A DNA stretch of 32,000 nt from Saccharolobus solfataricus (GTDB lineage Archaea; Thermoproteota; Thermoprotei_A; Sulfolobales; Sulfolobaceae). Of this stretch, positions 23,377-32,000 are shown one piece after another (within the stretch, counting starts at the first letter, position 1; the number at the start of each line of letters is the position of its first letter). A program made the translations under genes and the position numbers. The notes beneath the pieces were generated by a model. It was not told where the DNA came from, ran no database searches, and was given only the letters and a program-made list of their open reading frames with translations. Location: positions 1,020,001-1,052,000 of the forward strand of contig NZ_LT549890.1 in NCBI RefSeq assembly GCF_900079115.1, read 5' to 3'.

Positions 23377-23964
23377 ATGCTAAGACCTAAGGAAGCATGC
23401 CAACGTCTAGGAATATCCTATGCAACACTTAGAGAATACGTTAAGAAAGGATACATAAAACCAGTTATACTACAGAGCGGAAAATGGAGATTCAGAGAAG
23501 AAGACGTAGAGAGGCTAATGGGAATTATTAGAAAAAGAAAAGTAATACTTTACGCTAGAGTATCATCAAACACACAAAAAGACGATCTAGTAAACCAAGT
23601 TAAGTACCTAGAGGAACAAGTCAAAGAATACGACCTCGTAATTACTGACATAGGTTCCAAGTTAAACATGAAGAGAAAGGGGTTCTTGAAGTTGTTGAGA
23701 ATGATACTGAACAACGAAGTATCACGCGTAGTTGTTACTTACTCAGATAGGCTAGTCAGATTCGGCTTCGAAATCCTCGAAGAGGTCTGCAAAGCACACA
23801 ACTGTGAAATAGTAGTACTAAACCAAGAGGACAAAGAGGAAGAATTGGTCGAAGACTTAGTCTCAATACTAGTCTCGCTCAGCGGGAAACTGTATGGTAT
23901 GAGAAGTCATGAATACGAAAAGGTGAAGAAATGTGCTGAAGAACTTAAGAATTGGAAAATTTGA
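23377..23964 (+). CDS. tnpA: IS607-type serine recombinase transposase (MerR-like HTH plus resolvase catalytic domain)
   Basis: 195-aa ORF with N-terminal HTH (EACQRLGISYATLREYVKKG) and the catalytic-serine motif ILYARVSSNTQKDDL. Confidence 0.9.
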   Translation: MLRPKEACQRLGISYATLREYVKKGYIKPVILQSGKWRFREEDVERLMGIIRKRKVILYARVSSNTQKDDLVNQVKYLEEQVKEYDLVITDIGSKLNMKRKGFLKLLRMILNNEVSRVVVTYSDRLVRFGFEILEEVCKAHNCEIVVLNQEDKEEELVEDLVSILVSLSGKLYGMRSHEYEKVKKCAEELKNWKI

Positions 23965-25201
23965 ACCGGAAGAGGAATACGTGCACTTCACGTACTCCAT
24001 CAAGAATAGTGAGAGGGAGAAGAGCAAAGAGTTAATTAAAGAATACAGAACACTACTACAGAAAGCAATTGACTACCTGTGGAATTTAACGAAAATACAA
24101 GTAAGAAAAAAGAACGGTAATTACAAGATAACACTACCGAAGAAGAAGGAAGTATACAAACCACTTAGGGAAGAGTTGGAGAAGATCAACCACCTTGCGT
24201 CACATTACGTCGATAAGGCAATTAATGACGCATTCTCGATCTTGAAGTCGTGGAGGAAAAGGGCCATAAAGGGGAGAGCTTCGATTGAAAAACCAAGGGT
24301 GAAGAAGGCTTACGTTAGGATAAAGACGACTCTGAGGAAGGTTGTGGGGGAAAGCGTTAGAATAACGGTAAGACCTTATGAGTACATCACCTTCTCGTGG
24401 AGTAAGTCATGGTTCTCAAGAAGGGTTAGGGAGTTGGAACTCGGCGAACCTATAATTAAGGAGGAGAAAGTGTATTTGTCATTTCGTTACAAGTTACCTT
24501 GGGTAACTCCATTAAACTTTCTGGCAATTGACTCCAACCTTTATACTCTAGATGCTTATGATGGTGAGAAATTCGTTACAATCTCTCTGAAGCAGTTATA
24601 TTCCATGAAGTACTCCATGGAGGTGAAGAGGGCTAAGGTGCAATCATTTGCATCAAAGTACACGAAGAGGGGGAGAGAGTTGATGAGGAAGTATTCGCAT
24701 AGGGAGAGGAATAGCGTTCTGGACTTCGTTCGTAAATTTGTAAATGCGTTACTAGACCTATATCCCATAACGTTTTTCGCTGTGGAAAAGCTTAACAAAG
24801 AGAGTATGTTTAAGGATGCTAATGACTCTCTTTCGAGGAAGATTTCTAGGACTGTTTGGAGGAGTATACATAGAGTGTTGAGGTATAAGGCTCCGCTTTA
24901 CGGTTCTTTCGTTAAGGAAGTGAACCCACACCTCACCTCGAGGTCTTGCCCCAGATGTGGGTTTGTATCTCGAAAGGTTGGTAAGACCTTTGAGTGTGAG
25001 AGGTGTGGGTTCAAGTTGGATAGGCAATTGAATGCTTCACTGAATATTTATCTCAAGATGTGCGGTTTTCCTCACATCCGTGATATTCCAAGGGTGTGGG
25101 TTGGGGTTATTCCGCTAATGGGGCGGAGAGGGATGAACGTCCGCGACTTCGGTGAAGCCCAAGGGCTGAGGATTGATATTGAATATCATGAAATCCCATG
25201 A
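23933..25201 (+). CDS. tnpB: TnpB (OrfB) RuvC-like RNA-guided nuclease family protein
   Basis: 422-aa ORF. RuvC triad candidates LAIDSNL (D), FAVEKLN (E) and [10 protein letters not shown] (D). Zn finger CPRCG..CERCG. The tracked start is a GTG overlapping tnpA, so the start is uncertain. Confidence 0.9.
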   Translation: MLKNLRIGKFEPEEEYVHFTYSIKNSEREKSKELIKEYRTLLQKAIDYLWNLTKIQVRKKNGNYKITLPKKKEVYKPLREELEKINHLASHYVDKAINDAFSILKSWRKRAIKGRASIEKPRVKKAYVRIKTTLRKVVGESVRITVRPYEYITFSWSKSWFSRRVRELELGEPIIKEEKVYLSFRYKLPWVTPLNFLAIDSNLYTLDAYDGEKFVTISLKQLYSMKYSMEVKRAKVQSFASKYTKRGRELMRKYSHRERNSVLDFVRKFVNALLDLYPITFFAVEKLNKESMFKDANDSLSRKISRTVWRSIHRVLRYKAPLYGSFVKEVNPHLTSRSCPRCGFVSRKVGKTFECERCGFKLDRQLNASLNIYLKMCGFPHIRDIPRVWVGVIPLMGRRGMNVRDFGEAQGLRIDIEYHEIP

Positions 25202-25210
25202 AGCCCAAAC

Positions 25211-26188
25211 CCCAATTACTTGTAATGGTTTCCTACCGAGTTTATCTATTAATGTGAGAGCTATAAGTCCACCTGGAATAGTAAAAGCTCCCTCTATCAG
25301 TAGTTGAAAAGTTCCAGAGTTCATACCTAGACTGTTAGCTATTAAACTTGGTCCAAATAGTATTCCAGCGTAAGCTACAATGTCGAATAGGAACCATAGA
25401 ATGGCGGCTGTTAATATTAATTTCCAGTTAGCTATAAAATATTCAGTTAATTTGACGTTGTCCTTAATGTCTTTTACATTACTTACTTCTAGTCTTGTAA
25501 CCTCTTTAATTACGTTTTTAAGCTCATTTAAATCGCCTTTTATTCTACCTAAATACCTAGCAGTTTCTGGTATCTTTCTTCTAAGGTAGATTACGGATGC
25601 TGCTGGAATACTCCCAGCCGCTAATACGATTCTCCAGATAAGATCTGTTGGAAGTCCCATTGTTTGTAGTATAAGATATAATCCCGCAGCGGTACTGGCT
25701 CCAAAGCCCCAGAATAGTCCAAAACCTAATACTAAGGTTTTTCCTCTGTCTTTAGCATTACTGTGTTCAGCCATTATCGTTGGCGAGAGAACGTAATCTG
25801 CACCAATTCCTAAACCTAAAAGAAATCTAACTATTATTAGTTCAAGGGGGTTTTGTACGAAGGCTTGTAGTAACGCTCCAAACGTCATCAATGTAACATC
25901 GATTCCATAAAATTTCTTTCTACCCATGTTTGATAAGAAACCGAAAAGTATTGCTCCAATTGTAGCGCCAATTAACGCAGCACCGGTTATTAGTGATGTT
26001 GTTATTACATAGTCTGGGCTATTTTTAGTTATACCAAATGAGGCTAGCACAGAGAGAAGTACTATACCGATAGATGATAGATCATAGCCATCCGTGAAAA
26101 CTCCCATTCCCGTTGTTATTAACGACTTTGCGTGAAACCAACCGAATTTCGCCTCGTCTAACGGTTTGAATACGTTCTTTACATTCAT
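25211..26188 (-). pseudogene. MFS transporter (PHS-like), N-terminal fragment
   Basis: The N-terminus [31 protein letters not shown] resembles Pho84-type MFS. The last ~30 aa of tracked ORF 25115..26188 (..[15 protein letters not shown]..) are read-through into the IS607 element. Confidence 0.8.
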
Positions 26189-26856
26189 GTGTGTAAGTTA
26201 TAAAGAGAACTTTTAAGAATAACGTAAATAATCTATAGATTGATCGTTTTCCTATATAATCTATATAGTATCCTAGTTTAGCATTACCTTAGCTGACCGT
26301 TGTATCTTTTTCTCACAACTTGGAAATCCTCAAGTAAGCGAGAGAGAAGGTAGCAAAACATCACCTTTTAAGATTAAGCTTCAAAAGTAATCGCAAAGAT
26401 TAACGAAACCTCCAAATAGTATAGTGCGCTACTACTTGAGTAACTTATTAAACTCCGCTATGCAACCTAAGCCAGCGGTATAGACGAGACTGATGTTAGA
26501 GTAGCTATTATTTAGTAGAGTATAGACAACGATTTTGTTAATTTAGTATAAATTATATAAAGTATCCGCTTATCTTCAATTCAACATATGATTTAGTTAT
26601 AGACGAAGAGAAAATGTATTAATTCTTAATACTCTTTTTTCCTCCAAAACTTTGTTACACATAGCAGCGTTAGACGAAAGCGATACTAAAGGAATTTAAA
26701 CTAAGTTTCAAATCAAAAAGATTGTTGTCCACGCTTATATGGTAAGTAGTTAAACTTTTAACATTTTGACTGAAGATTAAAGTATATGTCGTTCTTCAAT
26801 CCAGAAGAGATAAGAGGCTAGTAAATAAGAACAATTCTGTATTAGTCGTATGGGAT

Positions 26857-27342
26857 GTGCAGGAAGGGTTAGTAAATTCGATTTTTAATAAAAACGAGTT
26901 TATTGCTAAGCTGAAGGAACTGATAGAGTCTGCTAGAAAGTATAATGTGCCAATAGTTTATACAATGATTACACCGTATCCTGAGAGATTTCAGCCTAGA
27001 ATAAGGCGTTCATTCAATCCAGGTGATATTTACAAGGAAGTTTATCCAAAAGAAGGTGATGTGATCTTAAGGAAGAATACTCCAAGCATATTTGTAGGAA
27101 CGAACTTTGAGCTAATGTTAAGAAACGCTGGTATTTATTCAATAGTCTTCACAGGTATAGCTACTGATATTGGAGTAGAAACTTCAGCTAGGCATGCACA
27201 GGCTTTAGGTTTTATACCGATTGTTGCAAAAGAGGCTGTATCGTCAGCGGACAAAGAAGCACACGAAAGGTCTCTACTAAATATGCAAAGACTAATGCTT
27301 GTGTTAACAAACAAGGAGATTACTGAATTGTGGGAAAGATAA
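26857..27342 (+). CDS. Isochorismatase/cysteine-hydrolase family protein, atypical (possibly 5'-damaged)
   Basis: Family pattern: [10 protein letters not shown] (Asp), [10 protein letters not shown] (Lys), [17 protein letters not shown] (Gly where the nucleophilic Cys normally sits). The frame is open back to 26770 without an ATG/GTG/TTG. An ATG at 26786 lies in another frame. Confidence 0.6.
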   Translation: MQEGLVNSIFNKNEFIAKLKELIESARKYNVPIVYTMITPYPERFQPRIRRSFNPGDIYKEVYPKEGDVILRKNTPSIFVGTNFELMLRNAGIYSIVFTGIATDIGVETSARHAQALGFIPIVAKEAVSSADKEAHERSLLNMQRLMLVLTNKEITELWER

Positions 27343-28323
27343 TCAAGGTTGGAAAAAGGTAGTCACATCGATGTTTTTTCCACTGGCTAAGACTAGCCTA
27401 ATTGTGTAATTGTTTCCAGAGGTAAACTGCTGAGGGTTAATGTTAAACTTTATTTTTATAGAATTGTAACCTTTTGATAGAGTTTTCGGTGTTATTTCAT
27501 TCGTTGAATAGTCAGTATTTAAAATGGTAGAACTAAGTATTTGATCTTCAATATCAGAAGAGACTGCAATAAATGCTTCTCCATTGCTTCTTAGTATCCC
27601 ACCGTGTGAGATAATATTGACTGTCGGAGGAGTTGATGTGGTCTCAGCAGAGGGAGTTGAAGAAGTAGTTTCACTGGGAGCTGAAGGAGTTTGAAGAGGA
27701 GGCGGTGGAGGAGAAACTGGTTTTTTAATGGTTAATAAATTAGTAAGCCCAATGTATGTAATAATTAGACCTATAAATGCCAAAAGCCCACCATATTCTA
27801 GTTTAAAGATAAATAAGATTACTCCTAAAATTAGAACTAATCCTCCTATTGACAAATAATTATTACTGTAATGATCGCCAATTAACTTATATGAAAATCC
27901 TAACAATATTAGTGTTATAAATGCAAATATTTCTAATAACGTTTGTAATGAAGCGAGTATTGAACTGGTAACGCTAGTTAATACTAGAGATAATGTATAA
28001 GAAACAACTCCAATTATTGCCAAGATCGATAATACTAGGAACAAGAACGATATTACGTTATTTATTCCAATATTTATCTCTGCCTTCGCTAGATTAGATA
28101 AACCTCGTTGAATATCAAGGTATGCTAGTATTACTAGTAGTGCGGAGATTGCAGATGAAGGCAGTAATATCAGAAAGTCTTGTAGTGGATTGGGTAACCC
28201 TAGAGATTGCATGATGTATGTCAATAGTATTGCTATTAGTTCAATGAGTATTATTATGATGATTTCAATATTACCTCTCCTTAAATAGCTTAATCCTTTA
28301 TATTCCGCTTCAGTGTAGTTCAT
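27343..28323 (-). CDS. Polytopic membrane protein with a Pro/Ser/Thr linker and a ~95-aa C-terminal soluble domain, unknown function
   Basis: 326-aa ORF with 5-6 hydrophobic helices, then SPPPPPLQTPSAPSETTSSTPSAETTSTPP, then a beta-rich tail. Its stop codon directly abuts the stop of the convergent isochorismatase-like ORF. Confidence 0.6.
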   Translation of the reverse strand: MNYTEAEYKGLSYLRRGNIEIIIIILIELIAILLTYIMQSLGLPNPLQDFLILLPSSAISALLVILAYLDIQRGLSNLAKAEINIGINNVISFLFLVLSILAIIGVVSYTLSLVLTSVTSSILASLQTLLEIFAFITLILLGFSYKLIGDHYSNNYLSIGGLVLILGVILFIFKLEYGGLLAFIGLIITYIGLTNLLTIKKPVSPPPPPLQTPSAPSETTSSTPSAETTSTPPTVNIISHGGILRSNGEAFIAVSSDIEDQILSSTILNTDYSTNEITPKTLSKGYNSIKIKFNINPQQFTSGNNYTIRLVLASGKNIDVTTFFQP

Positions 28324-28372
28324 CGTTTTATATAATCATATCGCTATTAAAAATGTTTCTAAATTTGTATAA

Positions 28373-29182
28373 TTATTGAGCAGCTTTCCACGAAACGAAA
28401 TAATAGCCAAAAGGAGGGTAAAATAGTTTAAGAACTATCTTATTTCTATCAATTAGTAAACGATGGTTTGGGATTGGAGATGGTATTTGAGGACCATCTA
28501 TTATTACTAAATCGTATTTTTCCGCCTTTACATCTATAAATCTATAACTCTCAGGGAACCTAATTTCTAATGTTGCGAATAGGGTAGGTTGCATTACTGA
28601 TAGACCGTCCATCATTTCAGGGTCTCCATATCTCTCTATTGTTTCCTTTTGCGTGAATGTGAAGTAGTTAGACTGGATTACTTTAAATCCGTGGATTATT
28701 TTCTCTCCAACTTTCGTTGGTGGAGCTAATGCTAATTTAATGTAGGCCTTTTGAGTTCCCAATTCAATCTTCTCAACAACTACTTTACCAAATTCCCTTT
28801 TTGGTTTATAGACTTTTACCTTAGTTTTAACCTTATCATCAGCTGACCAGTAACTACTATCTTCAATATATAAAAGGCCATTCTTTAATACGATAGAGTG
28901 AAATTTAAAGCTCTTAGTTTTGCTCCTATCTTCATAAAAGGTTACTTTGACTTTTTGTTCTAGATTAAGGAATTCGGGATTTCGAATAAGGTGAAGCTCG
29001 AACTTGTTATTATTTAGCTCTCCATTAATTTGAATTAGCCCTAATTTGTTAAGGATTAATATGGCCTTGTATAATTGGTTCATGGGAACTTTCTTTGATT
29101 TTGGAAGCTGTCGGGATGTAATATGACCGTTATTTTCTAACAAGCTCTTAATAATACTCAGCAAGATTTTTGGTTTCTTCAT
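28373..29182 (-). CDS. Hypothetical protein with an N-terminal winged-helix-like domain
   Basis: 269-aa lysine-rich ORF. The N-terminal ~60 aa (ILLSIIKSLLENNGHITSRQL...MNQLYKAILILNKLGLIQING) looks like a wHTH. The remainder is beta-rich with no recognisable motif. Confidence 0.55.
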   Translation of the reverse strand: MKKPKILLSIIKSLLENNGHITSRQLPKSKKVPMNQLYKAILILNKLGLIQINGELNNNKFELHLIRNPEFLNLEQKVKVTFYEDRSKTKSFKFHSIVLKNGLLYIEDSSYWSADDKVKTKVKVYKPKREFGKVVVEKIELGTQKAYIKLALAPPTKVGEKIIHGFKVIQSNYFTFTQKETIERYGDPEMMDGLSVMQPTLFATLEIRFPESYRFIDVKAEKYDLVIIDGPQIPSPIPNHRLLIDRNKIVLKLFYPPFGYYFVSWKAAQ

Positions 29183-29277
29183 ATTCTATATATATGTAAA
29201 GAAAGCTTATTACTCTTTTTTTCCAAATTATATGAAGATCGATTGGTATATCTATAAAAAAACTTTTTACTTCTATT

Positions 29278-29373
29278 TTACCACTCTTCTTCCTCTTCTT
29301 CCCATAAGTCCTCTTCTTCCTCGTCCCAATCTTCCTCTTCTTCCCATAAGTCCTCTTCTTCCTCGTATATCAT
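29278..29373 (-). CDS. Candidate 31-aa hyper-acidic micro-ORF (MIYEEEEDLWEEEEDWDEEEEDLWEEEEEEW), speculative
   Basis: ATG at 29373-29371, preceded by ggagtgg. The repeat period equals 14 codons. It runs in the same direction as the two downstream genes. However, the purine-rich repeat keeps other frames open too (minus-strand RG-rich ORF 29273..29386; plus-strand ORF 29232..29426). Confidence 0.25.
   Translation of the reverse strand: MIYEEEEDLWEEEEDWDEEEEDLWEEEEEEW
29289..29366. repeat. Tandem 42-nt duplication within a polypyrimidine (plus strand) / polypurine (minus strand) tract
   Basis: cttcctcttcttcccataagtcctcttcttcctcgt occurs identically at 29289-29324 and 29331-29366, separated by cccaat. 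Confidence 0.95.
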
Positions 29374-29715
29374 TATACCACTCCATTTTAACCTTAAACA
29401 TAAGATTAAAATGTTTTTGGGGGTAAAGTAGAGTGTGTACACGTCTTTATTCGCCTTAGTTCTAATAAGTTATACAGATAAATGATGATTTTGACTCATG
29501 TAAGTATTGTCTTCACTCCCTTATCAGATAAACTTAGAAATGTAAGAGATATTTTAGTTATAAGATTCTATATGAGATCTTTTATCAATATATCCTTATC
29601 TAATGAGAACTTTTTATAACAGACGGGGGTTCAAAGGGGGCGGAAAACTTCGCCTCTTTGAGATGGATCCCTTTGTAGAAAAGTTAAAAATAGGAAAATA
29701 ACGAAATACACATCA

Positions 29716-30897
29716 ATGCCCACCTTAGGGTTTCGCTTCCGTGCATACACTGACGAACAAACCCTTAGGGCGTTAAAAGCCCAGTTGAAGTTAACATGTG
29801 AAATCTACAACACCTTAAGGTGGGCAGACATATACTTTTACCAAAGGGATGGGAAAGGACTTACGCAGACTGAGTTAAGACAGTTGGCTCTAGATCTGAG
29901 AAAACAAGATGATGAGTATAAGCAACTCTACTCGCAAGTGGTTCAACAAGTAGCTGACCGTTATTCCGAAGCTAAGAAGAGGTTTTTTGAAGGTTTAGCA
30001 CGTTTCCCAAAAGAAAAGAAACCTCATAAATACTACTCCCTTGTCTATACGCAAAGCGGTTGGAAAATACTTCACGTTAGAGAAATAAGAAAAGGCAAGA
30101 AGAATAAGAAGAAACTAATAACGCTTAAACTATCAAATCTTGGTACGTTCAAGGTAATAGTTCACCGAGACTTTCCCCTTGACAAAGTAAAGAGGGTAGT
30201 AGTGAAGCTAACAAGATCTGAGAGGATTTACATCACTTTCGTAGTTGATCACGAATTCCCCAAGTTACCTAACACGGGTAAGGTAGTGGCGATAGATGTT
30301 GGTGTAGAAAAGTTGTTAATAACGTCGGATGGTGAGTATTTTCCTAATTTGAGACCTTACGAGAAAGCGTTATGGAAAGTGAAGCATATACACAGAGAAC
30401 TTTCAAGGAAGAAGTTCCTCTCTAATAATTGGTTTAAGGCTAAGGTTAAGCTTGCTAGGGCTTATGAGCATTTGAAGAATCTAAGAACGGATCTTTACAT
30501 GAAGTTGGGCAAGTGGTTTGCTGAGCATTATGACGTTGTGGTGATGGAAGGTATTCACGCTAAACAGCTTGTGGGTAAGTCCTTGAGGTCTCTGAGGAGG
30601 AGATTGAGTGATGTGGGATTTGGTGAGTTGAGGGGTGTGCTGAAGTATCAGCTGGAAAAATACGGTAAGAAACTCATCCTAGTTAATCCTGCATACACTT
30701 CCAAAACTTGTGCTAGGTGCGGGTATGTGAAAAATGACTTGTCTCTATCTGATCGTGTTTTCGTTTGTCCCAACTGTGGTTGGATTGCAGATCGTGACTA
30801 TAATGCTTCTCTTAACATCTTACGTGGATCGGGGTCGGAGCGACCCTTAGTGTGGAGCTCCGCCCTCTACCAGTACTCTGGCAAGGTGGGGCTGTGA
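29716..30897 (+). CDS. tnpB: TnpB (OrfB) RuvC-like RNA-guided nuclease family protein
   Basis: 393-aa ORF. RuvC candidates [10 protein letters not shown] (D), VVMEGI (E) and [11 protein letters not shown] (D). Zn finger CARCG..CPNCG. Confidence 0.9.
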   Translation: MPTLGFRFRAYTDEQTLRALKAQLKLTCEIYNTLRWADIYFYQRDGKGLTQTELRQLALDLRKQDDEYKQLYSQVVQQVADRYSEAKKRFFEGLARFPKEKKPHKYYSLVYTQSGWKILHVREIRKGKKNKKKLITLKLSNLGTFKVIVHRDFPLDKVKRVVVKLTRSERIYITFVVDHEFPKLPNTGKVVAIDVGVEKLLITSDGEYFPNLRPYEKALWKVKHIHRELSRKKFLSNNWFKAKVKLARAYEHLKNLRTDLYMKLGKWFAEHYDVVVMEGIHAKQLVGKSLRSLRRRLSDVGFGELRGVLKYQLEKYGKKLILVNPAYTSKTCARCGYVKNDLSLSDRVFVCPNCGWIADRDYNASLNILRGSGSERPLVWSSALYQYSGKVGL

Positions 30898-30940
30898 AGC
30901 AGGAAGCTCCCTCATTTATGAGGGGGTAGCTCACAGGCGA
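30780..30940 (+). ncRNA. Putative omega-RNA (reRNA) scaffold of the TnpB element
   Basis: By analogy with characterised TnpB systems, the guide-RNA scaffold overlaps the tnpB 3' end and the right end. A stable hairpin is visible at 30905-30931. No direct evidence of transcription. Confidence 0.3.
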
Positions 30941-31472
30941 TGAGGAATAAACGGATATATGTTAAGCTAATAGACCAGATTTGAACATAAATATCAATTA
31001 CTGTTTACAATATCGATAAAGTTATCATAGAATAGATAGGAAGTTTTAATGATATTTTTGAGGTTTTGACGGTTTTAAGTCATAACTGTTAGCCCTAAGA
31101 GTATGGATAACAGTTTCTTTAATTTGAAACTTAGTTTAAAATTCCCTAACACCACTTTCGTCAAATGCCTTAATTATGTAATAAAAATTTTTGAAAAGTG
31201 GGTTTAAAAATCACGACATCCTTTATGTCAACTACTGAATCGTATGTTAAATTGAAAATCAATTAATACTTTAAATGATTTATACTGAATAACGAATTGT
31301 TGTCTAAACTCAGTCCTAAAATACAAAGAATATATCGCATGAATGTTTAGGAATTTGAGAGGCGAACTTAAAAGTCAAGGAAGTAAATGATCGAAAGCTT
31401 TTCATCTAAGGTGTCTAAGAAAACTGCTTCATGATGCAACTTTAATTTGTTGCTCAACAATATAAGTGTGCT

Positions 31473-32000
31473 ATGAGATATGATGTAATAATTATTGGTG
31501 CTGGCCATAATGGTTTAGTTTCCTCAATATATTTAGCTCAGAAAGGCCTTAAGGTATTAGTTATCGAGGCCAGGGATAGACCCGGAGGAATGGCTGACAC
31601 TGCAGAATATAAGGGGGTTAAATACAGTAGAGCATCTTATGTATTAGGACTATTTCCTAAAAGAATCCAAGAGGAATTAGGGATAGTTTTTCCCACGATT
31701 GACTCAGATATTGCAGATGTTTTTGTCACGGAAGAGGGAAAGGTTGTGAATATATGGAGAAATAAAGAGAAGAGACTCGAGGAACTTAAGCGCCTAGGTC
31801 AATACAAATACCCTAAAATGGAGGAGCTACTGTTCAAGATTAAGGAGAAGATTGAACAAGAGATGCAATACGTTATCAAACCACCGTCATTTGAGGATTT
31901 CAAGAAAGCAGTAGAAGGAACTGAACTTGAAATATTTACTCAACCATCCAGAAAGTTTCTAAATGAATACTTAGATGAGGAATTCCAGCCCTATTTCTCA
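31473..32000 (+). CDS. FAD/NAD(P)-binding oxidoreductase, phytoene-desaturase (CrtI)-like, 5' partial (runs off the window)
   Basis: An open frame of 176 codons to the window end. N-terminal Rossmann motif MRYDVIIIGAGHNGLVSSIYLAQKGLKVLVIEARDRPGG. Confidence 0.8.
   Translation, partial: MRYDVIIIGAGHNGLVSSIYLAQKGLKVLVIEARDRPGGMADTAEYKGVKYSRASYVLGLFPKRIQEELGIVFPTIDSDIADVFVTEEGKVVNIWRNKEKRLEELKRLGQYKYPKMEELLFKIKEKIEQEMQYVIKPPSFEDFKKAVEGTELEIFTQPSRKFLNEYLDEEFQPYFS

Larger units (their letters stand above)
23346..25210 (+). mobile_element. IS607-family element (serine-recombinase tnpA plus tnpB), ~1.87 kb
   Basis: tnpA/tnpB pair with overlapping ORFs inside the MFS gene. No TIRs or TSD, as expected for IS607-type elements. 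Boundaries are inferred from where the MFS frame stops and resumes, with an uncertainty of a few nt. Confidence 0.8.
29625..30940 (+). mobile_element. tnpB-only IS200/IS605-family element (IS1341 group, ISC1316-like), ~1.3 kb; ends approximate
   Basis: A single TnpB ORF flanked by subterminal hairpins: 29632-29660 (caaaggggg..cctctttg) and 30905-30931 (agct ccctca ttta tgaggg ggt agct). No tnpA. Confidence 0.7.

Noticed and set aside
25115-25210. The C-terminal 30-odd residues of tracked ORF 25115..26188
   Set aside because: This is read-through of the truncated MFS frame into the right end of the IS607 element, antisense to the tnpB 3' end. It is not native protein sequence.
29289-29366. 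Possible CRISPR-like repeat
   Set aside because: There are only two copies with a 6-nt spacer, the composition is polypyrimidine, no palindromic repeat structure is present, and no cas genes occur in the window.
29478-29535. Possible C/D-box sRNA (aaatgatga... at ~29481)
   Set aside because: A C-box-like TGATGA is present, but there is no properly placed CTGA D or D' box and no terminal stem on either strand.
31150-31215. Minus-strand frame ending ..NPLFKNFYYIIKAFDESGVREF-stop in the 30.9-31.5 kb gap
   Set aside because: It is open for only ~25 codons after a stop and has no start codon. At best it is a remnant of a lost gene, with insufficient evidence.

Overview
AT-rich crenarchaeal chromosome segment. 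Gene content suggests a Sulfolobus/Saccharolobus solfataricus-like genome; this is inference, no search was possible. Main content, in order:
- A starch/maltodextrin locus: a CUT1-type MalEFGK-like ABC transporter operon on the minus strand, ending in a GH15 glucoamylase-like gene, divergent from a 902-aa GH57 alpha-amylase (AmyA-like).
- Housekeeping and transport genes: DHA2 MFS exporter, APC permease, CaCA exchanger, Hje-type Holliday junction resolvase, class I/II aminotransferase, small SAM methyltransferase, partial FAD oxidoreductase.
- A HEPN/MNT pair at the left edge.

Five mobile elements cover about 7 kb (~22% of the window by my coordinates):
- A G+C-rich IS256-family element with perfect 24-bp TIRs and a 9-bp TSD, splitting the GH15 gene.
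- A decayed ISH3/ISC1217-like element.
- A 1435-bp IS4-family (ISC1439-like) copy with a frameshifted transposase.
- An IS607-family tnpA+tnpB element.
- A tnpB-only IS200/IS605 (ISC1316-like) element.

The IS4 and IS607 elements both sit inside one PHS-like MFS transporter gene, cutting it into three in-frame pieces.

The least explained region is 26.2-31.5 kb. It holds a minus-strand trio of uncharacterised genes: a polypurine tandem-repeat micro-ORF region, a 269-aa wHTH protein, and a 326-aa multi-TM protein with a Pro/Ser/Thr linker and a C-terminal domain. These lie next to an atypical isochorismatase-like ORF and a TnpB element. I find no rRNA, tRNA or CRISPR array. I cannot show that any truly novel system is present; the trio is the best candidate and the evidence for it is weak.
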